The notes beneath the pieces were generated by a model that was not told the DNA's origin, made no database searches, and saw only the letters and a program-made list of their open reading frames with translations. This document shows positions 20,659 to 28,218 of a stretch of DNA of 46,487 bases, one piece after another (the stretch's first letter is position 1; the number at the start of each line of letters is the position of its first letter). The translations under genes were made by a program, and so were the position numbers. The stretch spans positions 1-46,487 of the forward strand of contig JABHGE010000014.1 in assembly GCA_018672235.1 (NCBI GenBank). Reading direction: 5' to 3'. The DNA comes from Fidelibacterota bacterium. Lineage in GTDB: Bacteria; Fidelibacterota; Marinisomatia; Marinisomatales; Marinisomataceae.

Positions 20659-23600
20659 ATGCGATATCTTATCATAGTCTTGTCATTCTTCCTCATCACT
20701 TGTGGTGGTGGAGGTGGTGGAGGAGATTCCGCTCCTACAGAACCTACGGGATCAGGGTATGTAATAGAGCTTAGTTCTTTATCTGGAAATGCTCAAAAAG
20801 GTCCGTTTAATAATGGAACTTCCATTAATGTTGCAGAGCTAACTATTGCCTTAAGTCCAACAGGACGTAATTTTTCAAGCCAGATTACTGATAATTCTGG
20901 GTTATTTTCTGTTACCAATGTACAGTTAACGTCTCCGTATGTAGAATTGCGTGCATTAGGGTTTTATTTTAATGAAGTTGCTAATGCAACTTCTGATGCT
21001 CAATTAACCTTGTATGCATTATCAGATTTAACCAATAAGACCAGTTTAAATGTAAATTTATTATCTCACTTAGAAAAAAATAGGATTACTGTTTTAATGA
21101 GTGGGAACAACCCAAAAACGTTCGCCCAAGCCAAATTGCAAGCACAAGAAGAAGTGTTAGCGATTTTTGATTATTCACGAGCGAATATGCCTGATTCTGA
21201 ATTATTAGACATTACCCAAGCAGGGGCAGGGAATGCCAAACTCTTAGCGATTTCTGCAATTTTTCAGGGAGATCTAACCGTAGGACAGATGTCCGAACTG
21301 TTAGCAAATATTAGTACCGACATTACAAGTGATGGTACCTTAGATGATGCTAGCCTTGGAAACACTCTTATGACAAATGCAGCAAATTTAGATTTTGCTG
21401 CTATTCGTAACAATTTGGTGGTTCGCTATGCATCCCTTGGAATGAGCGTAAATATTCCTGATTTTGAAACCGAAATAAATCAATTCTTAAAATCCCCTGT
21501 AGTCCAAGACATAAATATATCTACCAATGAAGATACAGCTATTAATATTACCTTAGCAGGATCCGATCCAGAAGGAGAATCCATTACCTATAGTCTTGTA
21601 GATGATTCCAACAATGCAACCATCACTATCAATGGGAATGTAGCCAACTATGTGCCAAATGCTAATTGGAATGGAACTGATACCTTTAGCTACAAAGCCA
21701 ATGATGGTACTTCTGATAGCAATATTGGGACGGTCACCATTACCGTAAATCCTATTGATGATGAACCAAATACCATTGATAGTTCTGTTGATACTGATGA
21801 AGATACCGCAGTCGATGTCAGTTTAACGGCTAATGAATATGATGGAGAAAATTATTCCTTTAGTATTATCTCGAATCCATCTAATGGAGGCGTGAGTTTA
21901 AGTGGAACGACAGCGACTTATACTCCAAACCAAGATTGGAATGGAACGGACACCTTTACCTTTGAGGCGACTGATGATCGTACTTCTCGTACCAATGTAG
22001 CAACAGCTACTATTACTGTCAATCCAGTCAATGATGCACCTGTTGCAGACAATACGAGTGGTTCTGGTGATGAAGATACTGCTGTAGATATTACGATGTC
22101 AGGAACCGATATAGATGGCGATAACTTAACCTATAGTGTTGTAGCTACCAACAATGGTACGGTAACCATTGATGGAGCAATAGCCACTTATACCTCAACC
22201 CAAGACTGGAATGGAACCGATACGTTTACCTATAAAGTAAACGATGGATTTTTAGATAGTAATACGGCAACAGTAACCGTAACGGTTGCTGCAGTCAATG
22301 ATGCGCCAGTCTCTAGTGGTGTGGGTGCATCTACGAATGAAGATATCGCAAAAACAGTTACCTTATCTGCCAGTGATGTAGACAGTAATAGTTTAACTTA
22401 TAGTATCGTCAGCAATCCATCCAAAGGGTCACTTGGCAATGTCAGTGGTACGGATGTAATATACACCCCAAATGCTAATTGGAATGGAATTGATACCTTT
22501 ACCTATAAAGCCAATGATGGTGCTTTAGATAGTAATGTTGCAACGGTCACGATTGACATTGCTAATGTAGGTGGTGAGATTAATTTTTTAAATGCAACCA
22601 ATGATGACTTGAATGGAACGCATAGAACTGAGGATGCTTATACTTTAAAATGGAATTATACTGGTGGTGGAACGAGTGAAACATATAATATTTACTTAAA
22701 CCATTATGAAGGACACTCTCAATGGGGCGTAGGAACATTTAGCAAATTAATAGCAACAGTTGATCCTCAAGTTTCACGATATGATGGAACTTTTGATTCA
22801 GATTTATATTTTCATACTGAATATTATTTCAAGATTGTCGATGCAGATGAATCTATTAGAAATCCAGATGAAGGTGTAACATGGTCATTTAATATCCTTC
22901 CAAAAGATGCATATGCAACGATGGTTGATCCGAATGGTGGAGAGCAAATAGCAATAGGCTCCACATATACCATTAAATATGATGTTTCAGATGACGTCAA
23001 CACAGGATATAAGCCTGGTGTTGAATTTAATCTCTACAAAAATAGCACTCACTTAGGCGAAATCGATGATGAGAATAATTATATTAGCGGTCCAGTCAGC
23101 AATAATAACTATAATGGAGAATATGAATGGAACGTTACAAATATATATGATCCAGGAACATATAAGATTGAACTACGATCAATGGGCAGCCATCTCAACG
23201 ATTATACTGATGATACTTTTGAAATTATAAATCCGATGACTTTGACTTTTCCAATTGGTGGTGAAACACTCATTGCAGGACAAACTTACCAGATTACTTG
23301 GAGTAATGGTTATGATTTAGTTGAAAATTTAGATTTGAGAAATGATACTTTCGGTGGTGGAGCCCCATATGGCAATGTATGTCTTTACGGATGTGGTGGT
23401 ACTGCTGATGGGACAGTAGGTTCATTTTCATGGTCAATTCCAAGTGATGTTCCAACCGATTCAAATTACTATCTTAAGATTGGTGCTGATACTAGTACTA
23501 ATTTGCCAGGTGATACCACTGGAATGTTTACTATAAAAAGTCCTTGGGCTAATACAAAATCTCTAAATTTTGATAGCAATATTCATGCTCATGTTGATAT

Positions 23601-24252
23601 GGGAACCACTGCTGGAGTCTTTACTACAACCATGACCGTACAAGCGTGGGCCAAAGCAACTGCATTACAATCCAATAAACATATTGTTTCAAAAGGAAAT
23701 GATAGCAATCAAGATCTTCGTGCTTACTCACTCATGGCTCCGTATGCAACCGAAGAGTTTAGTGGAGCCAAAGATAATTGGACTGCTAGTATGAATCTCT
23801 TTCAATTGCCTGTTGGTAATACTGAGTACCGACTAACCTCGAGCACTGCCGCTACACTTAATGCATGGGCTCATCTAGTAATGACCTATGATGGATCCAA
23901 TATCAAGCTTTATGTTAATGGAACCTTAGAAGATACACAAGCTGCCACGGGAAATATTGGAGGCAGTCTTGCTTCTATTCAAAAATTCTTAGTGGGAGAT
24001 CATAATATTACGAAACCAGGATATAATTTTGATGGCAGGATTGATGGAGTAGCTATTTGGGATATAGCATTAACTGCGTCTGATGTTACCACTTTATATA
24101 ATAGCGGAGATGGAGAGGACCCAAGCGAAGTTGAGAGCTCAAACCTTCAAGGATATTGGAATTTTGAAGATAATGCCAATGATTTATCATCGAATAACAA
24201 CGATGGAACGCTTTTCCGTGCAACGTATGTGTCAGATGTTCCTTCAGATTAA
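20659..24252 (+). CDS. Large surface lipoprotein with tandem Ig/cadherin-like repeats and a C-terminal LamG-like domain
   Basis: Signal peptide ending LITC then a poly-Gly linker. Four ~90-aa repeats (TNEDT...Y.PN.WNGTDTF.Y..NDG). C-terminal WAHLVMTYDGSNIKLYVNG...FDGRIDGVAIWD. Confidence 0.88.
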   Translation: MRYLIIVLSFFLITCGGGGGGGDSAPTEPTGSGYVIELSSLSGNAQKGPFNNGTSINVAELTIALSPTGRNFSSQITDNSGLFSVTNVQLTSPYVELRALGFYFNEVANATSDAQLTLYALSDLTNKTSLNVNLLSHLEKNRITVLMSGNNPKTFAQAKLQAQEEVLAIFDYSRANMPDSELLDITQAGAGNAKLLAISAIFQGDLTVGQMSELLANISTDITSDGTLDDASLGNTLMTNAANLDFAAIRNNLVVRYASLGMSVNIPDFETEINQFLKSPVVQDINISTNEDTAINITLAGSDPEGESITYSLVDDSNNATITINGNVANYVPNANWNGTDTFSYKANDGTSDSNIGTVTITVNPIDDEPNTIDSSVDTDEDTAVDVSLTANEYDGENYSFSIISNPSNGGVSLSGTTATYTPNQDWNGTDTFTFEATDDRTSRTNVATATITVNPVNDAPVADNTSGSGDEDTAVDITMSGTDIDGDNLTYSVVATNNGTVTIDGAIATYTSTQDWNGTDTFTYKVNDGFLDSNTATVTVTVAAVNDAPVSSGVGASTNEDIAKTVTLSASDVDSNSLTYSIVSNPSKGSLGNVSGTDVIYTPNANWNGIDTFTYKANDGALDSNVATVTIDIANVGGEINFLNATNDDLNGTHRTEDAYTLKWNYTGGGTSETYNIYLNHYEGHSQWGVGTFSKLIATVDPQVSRYDGTFDSDLYFHTEYYFKIVDADESIRNPDEGVTWSFNILPKDAYATMVDPNGGEQIAIGSTYTIKYDVSDDVNTGYKPGVEFNLYKNSTHLGEIDDENNYISGPVSNNNYNGEYEWNVTNIYDPGTYKIELRSMGSHLNDYTDDTFEIINPMTLTFPIGGETLIAGQTYQITWSNGYDLVENLDLRNDTFGGGAPYGNVCLYGCGGTADGTVGSFSWSIPSDVPTDSNYYLKIGADTSTNLPGDTTGMFTIKSPWANTKSLNFDSNIHAHVDMGTTAGVFTTTMTVQAWAKATALQSNKHIVSKGNDSNQDLRAYSLMAPYATEEFSGAKDNWTASMNLFQLPVGNTEYRLTSSTAATLNAWAHLVMTYDGSNIKLYVNGTLEDTQAATGNIGGSLASIQKFLVGDHNITKPGYNFDGRIDGVAIWDIALTASDVTTLYNSGDGEDPSEVESSNLQGYWNFEDNANDLSSNNNDGTLFRATYVSDVPSD
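21499..22560 (+). repeat. Four intragenic ~270-bp Ig-like repeats
   Basis: tggaatggaa recurs at 21667, 21937, 22207 and 22480. Boundaries are approximate. Confidence 0.85.
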
Positions 24253-24499
24253 ATTTAAACTTTAATCGACATGGAAATGTTGAATAAATATTTTCTTGCC
24301 AACTGTCCTCTCTAAATAAGAGTTATAATACAATCGATATTTTATAATAAATTAAAGTAGTATACCAAAGTAGTATACAAATTATTATAAATAAGCAAAG
24401 GGCAAATTGATACTTATAAATCAATTGCCTTTGCGTTCTGTTCAAAGAGCGAGGCGTGAGCCGAGCGAACCAATCCCTTTCCTTCTCAATATCAATCTG

Positions 24500-24553
24500 G
24501 AATTTTCAACCTAAAATTCTCAACCTAAACAAGATATCGAGGGGGGTAGGGTA
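24500..24553 (+). repeat. 54-bp G-rich element, copy 2
   Basis: Direct repeat of 18971-19024. Confidence 0.9.
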
Positions 24554-24706
24554 CATATATAAGACGTACACTCCTTCTGAAATTGCTTCTCAACTGCCCC
24601 TTGGTCATAGTCTATATACAGATTATGTTGAAAAAATTATCAGTATTCCAAACGCAGAATCTATGCTAGGTCTATTCCCTACTAACTAAGTTGCAAAAGC
24701 GTTCTA

Positions 24707-24847
24707 TCAACCAGAAAAAGCTTTTAAAATCCAGTTATATAGTTGTTTCACTAAAGCAAAACCAACAGTCATAATGAGAATAGTTAACCCAATATCAATC
24801 CAAAGTGATTCTGGATTTTGTAAGTGGCTAATAATTTTATCAAGCAT
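24707..24847 (-). CDS. 46-aa single-pass membrane protein (not in ORF track)
   Basis: MLDKIISHLQNPESLWIDIGLTILIMTVGFALVKQLYNWILKAFSG. TATATT lies 5 nt before the ATG. Confidence 0.55.
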   Translation of the reverse strand: MLDKIISHLQNPESLWIDIGLTILIMTVGFALVKQLYNWILKAFSG

Positions 24848-25061
24848 AACTAAATATAGGGGAAAAATATGGTACTAATATGGATACTAATAATGACAAC
24901 AAGCGAACACTGCACGCGTATTATTTACTATATATTGTTTGACAGCAATATTCTGCATTAGTCATGAGTCTTGTTTATGTAACTATGAACAAAAATAGTG
25001 CCTACTTGTTAAAATACATATTACTTAATAAATTTAGTCTAATTAAAAATAAAGAGAAATC

Positions 25062-25442
25062 ATGAAAATTATTTGTATCTACAATGCCAGCTCCACATTG
25101 ACTGGAGAATTAAACTATCTTTACAAAAAAATATTTCAAAATGAAAGTTGCGGTATGTGTGATATCTCTCATAATTTGACTGGAATGAAAAAAGAGTGGA
25201 AAGAGATGGAGGCGCAATCGGATCATGACTACTCTTTATTGCACATTGATGAAGTGCCAAAGAATATCCCCCGTAATTTAATTCAAGAACTGCCTTGCGT
25301 GATACAGCAGCACGAAGAAAGTTGTAATTTATTAATCACTCATGAAGAATTAAATTCCTGTAAGGGAAATATTAAAACCTTTACAACGCTATTGGATTAT
25401 AAATTGAATGAATTATTAAATCAAAAAAAGGTAAAAAAATGA
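25062..25442 (+). CDS. Hypothetical protein with a CxxC motif
   Basis: 126-aa ORF with IYNA...CGMCDISH..GMKKEWK. ATGA overlap with the next gene. Confidence 0.75.
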   Translation: MKIICIYNASSTLTGELNYLYKKIFQNESCGMCDISHNLTGMKKEWKEMEAQSDHDYSLLHIDEVPKNIPRNLIQELPCVIQQHEESCNLLITHEELNSCKGNIKTFTTLLDYKLNELLNQKKVKK

Positions 25443-25852
25443 AATTAACAAAAGTAATTACAACGGGTGTTATAGCAACAGCCATTATGTCAGTCGTAGC
25501 AATCATGGCACCGATGATGGGTATGCCAAAAATGGACTTTGGTGAAATGTTAGGTGCGAATAATCCAATGATAGTCATGCCGTATGCAGCTGGATGGATG
25601 ATGCACTTTGTGATAGGCATTGTACTAACAGCAATCTATGCTTCAGTTTTTTTAAACAGATTAAGCGGAGCGTATGTCATACGCGGTATTATTTTTGCCA
25701 TGCTCCCTTTTGTAATGGCACAATCTATGATGATGCCAATGATGGGTAATGGCTTTTGGTCGGGCGGTGACATTATGGCGATTATGGGTAGTTTCATTGG
25801 GCATGTTTGTTTTGGTGCAGTATTGGGCAGTGTATACGCCGAAGGCGAATAA
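25439..25852 (+). CDS. Met-rich four-TM membrane protein
   Basis: Hydrophobic, with GWMMHFVIG, MMMPMMGNGF and SFIGHVCFG motifs. Confidence 0.8.
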   Translation: MKLTKVITTGVIATAIMSVVAIMAPMMGMPKMDFGEMLGANNPMIVMPYAAGWMMHFVIGIVLTAIYASVFLNRLSGAYVIRGIIFAMLPFVMAQSMMMPMMGNGFWSGGDIMAIMGSFIGHVCFGAVLGSVYAEGE

Positions 25853-26135
25853 ACTTATATCCAATAAGTAATTGATAATGTTATCATTGCAAAATCTTTC
25901 TCTATAAAACCAACTAGCATAATCACCAATGTATGGATTTATATAAACCTACACCTACCTACTTGTATGGTATTAATAAGGTATGGGGTTGTGGGGATAC
26001 CTTTGTGGGTACCTATTCGTCTTTTATGTATGGTTTGACGTTTATCAACTAAGCGAGAGGGGCATACTGCACATATAATCACAATTGGGTATAATAAATC
26101 TTTACTAAAACAGAACAATTTATTTACCTTCTTAG

Positions 26136-27158
26136 ATGTCGTCAAAACCTAAGAAACCTATACAATTTCTTGACCCAAAGTTACATACTCAATTAGTAAG
26201 GACTAATCCTATTACTCTTAAAAAAGAGACAATAGATTTAATAACTGATAAAGAGCAATGGGATAGAGTAGTTAATGCGGGTAGAATCAGAGCAGAGTGG
26301 AATACTTGGTTAAATAAATGGTTAAGAGATTATGAGTACTTTCTTACTCTACATGAGGGCGAAAGAGAATCCTTTTATTCAAACTTCTTAGCCCTTAGTG
26401 AAACTATGATTTACAATTATCGTAATTGGGTTCACATAGGCGTTAATGTTCACTTCAAAGAATTAGCACATCATCATAAGTATATGCCTATAATGACTGA
26501 GCATTGGTATAATCGTTGGAATAAACTTAATCCTAATTCATCTACAATCTTAAAAGAGAGTGGAGATATCTGCAAATTAGCATATAGGGATAAGATGAAT
26601 GCTTTAAAAGTAAAAGGCGAAGAATTACCAACCTTAGAAGAAAACAATTATGAACCTTCAAAAGAGGAGTGCTATACACTTCTTGATAAATGTCTTAATG
26701 GGGATACTGAGATTGAGAATAAGATTATCAATGAAGAATTAGTAAGAGCAGAAAGAGTTAAAGTATACTTCTTAACAGGTCAAGACCAATTAAATATGGT
26801 TAGTAAGAGTATGAGAAAGTGGAAGTCTCTTTGGCTTAAAGAGCTCTTTGATAAAAGAAATACAGATAGAGAAGAACACTACAAAAGGTTTGCTAAGATT
26901 CTTGTTAAAAGAAAGATAGTACCACAAATAGACTTGATTGCCCCTTTACTTTCAAAAGTGAATAAACCAAATGAAGAATTAGTTCAGATATTTGCTAATT
27001 CATTTATAGCATTTTGGGGTAAAGGTATGCCTAACTATCAATTAACAGAAACTTCGCTTGGTAATCGTGGAGCAAGACAATTAGCATTTATGGTAGTACC
27101 AAAAGAGTACAGTAGTTCTCAAACCTATATCTATCAAATGCGTACAGAAAAGATATAG
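26136..27158 (+). CDS. Orphan 340-aa soluble protein
   Basis: Long ORF in AT-rich DNA with charged, helical composition. No family recognised. Confidence 0.8.
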   Translation: MSSKPKKPIQFLDPKLHTQLVRTNPITLKKETIDLITDKEQWDRVVNAGRIRAEWNTWLNKWLRDYEYFLTLHEGERESFYSNFLALSETMIYNYRNWVHIGVNVHFKELAHHHKYMPIMTEHWYNRWNKLNPNSSTILKESGDICKLAYRDKMNALKVKGEELPTLEENNYEPSKEECYTLLDKCLNGDTEIENKIINEELVRAERVKVYFLTGQDQLNMVSKSMRKWKSLWLKELFDKRNTDREEHYKRFAKILVKRKIVPQIDLIAPLLSKVNKPNEELVQIFANSFIAFWGKGMPNYQLTETSLGNRGARQLAFMVVPKEYSSSQTYIYQMRTEKI

Positions 27159-27205
27159 CAGAATCTGAGCGATAGCGAAGATCTGCGTGATTCAATCAAC
27201 CTTAG

Positions 27206-27263
27206 CCTGTTAAACAGGTAATTAACAGGTCAATCTTCTCTGTAAAACAGCGGAATAACAGCG
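27206..27263. repeat. Helically phased AACAG array
   Basis: AACAG at 27213, 27224, 27246 and 27257 (multiples of 11 bp), forming two units of CTGTWAAACAG-N6-AACAG with a 33-bp period. Confidence 0.7.
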
Positions 27264-27271
27264 ATTCCTTC

Positions 27272-27442
27272 AACGTTGCTAAACCAAGCGCTATTCAGTT
27301 CTGCGATGGATTGCCAAAAACAAGATCTGGAAAAATCATGCGAAGAATTTTAAAAAAAATCGCCCAAAATGAAACTGATGATTTAGGCGACATCTCGACC
27401 TTAGCAGACCCGAGCGTTGTTGCAAGTTTGATTAAAAAATAA
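27272..27442 (+). pseudogene. acs: 3' fragment of acetyl-CoA synthetase
   Basis: Reads [56 protein letters not shown], the Acs A10 motif and C-terminus. No upstream coding region. Confidence 0.92.
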
Positions 27443-27479
27443 GTCAAATAATAAAGTTCAACTGAGTAGTCGGTTTTAC

Positions 27480-27508
27480 TTGACAATCATTTTATTACAT
27501 CTTACTAT
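27480..27508 (+). promoter_or_regulatory. Near-consensus sigma70 promoter upstream of the nos cluster
   Basis: TTGACA-N17-TACTAT. Confidence 0.7.
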
Positions 27509-27513
27509 GTATT

Positions 27514-27654
27514 ATGCGCAATTATTTATCAATAGTTTCTCGCATTACAGACAGTGTGACTGCACTGAAAGATGTCTGGTATCTTTTACTAGCTATCATT
27601 TCACATTACTTTATCCCAGAATTTCCCCCGACAAATATTTTTACACATAATTAA
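27514..27654 (+). CDS. Candidate leaderless 46-aa peptide or nos leader ORF
   Basis: ATG 5 nt after the -10 box. MRNYLSIVSRITDSVTALKDVWYLLLAIISHYFIPEFPPTNIFTHN. Confidence 0.35.
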   Translation: MRNYLSIVSRITDSVTALKDVWYLLLAIISHYFIPEFPPTNIFTHN

Positions 27655-27704
27655 GTGTAGAAAATTACCCTGTCAACTTACATATCGTAATACTCTGCAC
27701 TTCT

Positions 27705-27726
27705 TATATCTTTAAGAAAAGATATA
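27705..27726. promoter_or_regulatory. Candidate operator upstream of cyt c/nosZ
   Basis: Perfect inverted repeat TATATCTTT-AAGA-AAAGATATA, 40 bp before the start codon. Confidence 0.4.
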
Positions 27727-27765
27727 TAGTACCAATTAAATATTTACAAAAGAAGAGGTGTTATT

Positions 27766-28218
27766 ATGAAAAAAATCAATGTTATAATGTTTGCCGTTCT
27801 ACTATTTATTTCTTGTGGAGATAATTCTGCTCCAACCAATCCTTTGATGTCCGATAAGGGAATCGGTCCAATAACTAATGTAAAAATATATGATAATATC
27901 GATACAAAAATGGCATCAATGGGAGAGATAGCTTTTAATCGAAATTGTGTATCATGCCATAAAATGGATAAAAAGTTTATAGGTCCTAGTTTAGAACAAA
28001 TCACAGAACGAAGATCCCCTGAATGGATTATGAATATGATTCTTAATCCTGAAGTGATGGTAAAAGAAAACCCTATAGCAAAAGAATTGTTAATGGAATA
28101 TATCGCTCCTATGGCTAATCAAAGTTTGTCAGCACAGGAAGCAAGAAATATACTAGAATATTTCAGACAATATGACGAAACAATAAAAAATAAAATCTTA
28201 AAAGAAGAGGTAAAATAA
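27766..28218 (+). CDS. Monoheme cytochrome c lipoprotein of the clade II nos cluster
   Basis: Lipobox FISC, CVSCH heme motif, IGPSL and RRSPEWIMNMILNP. TAATG overlap with nosZ. Confidence 0.92.
   Translation: MKKINVIMFAVLLFISCGDNSAPTNPLMSDKGIGPITNVKIYDNIDTKMASMGEIAFNRNCVSCHKMDKKFIGPSLEQITERRSPEWIMNMILNPEVMVKENPIAKELLMEYIAPMANQSLSAQEARNILEYFRQYDETIKNKILKEEVK

Noticed and set aside
24456..24689. 77-aa ORF in the track
   Set aside because: It starts in a hairpin and runs through the non-coding 54-bp repeat. The last ~40 codons might be a gene fragment, but I recognise nothing.
25872..25888. TTGATAATGTTATCAT as an FNR or Fur box
   Set aside because: The spacing fits neither TTGAT-N4-ATCAA nor the Fur 7-1-7 pattern, and it lies just downstream of a gene.
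25939..26145. 68-aa minus-strand ORF
   Set aside because: It crosses repeat-rich non-coding DNA, overlaps the orphan start, and has no protein-like features.
18790..27263. CRISPR array or integron attC cassettes among the island repeats
   Set aside because: No regularly spaced repeat-spacer series, no cas or intI gene, and no clear RYYYAAC...GTTRRRY pairs.
27295..27486. 63-aa minus-strand ORF
   Set aside because: It is the antisense shadow of the acs fragment on the plus strand.
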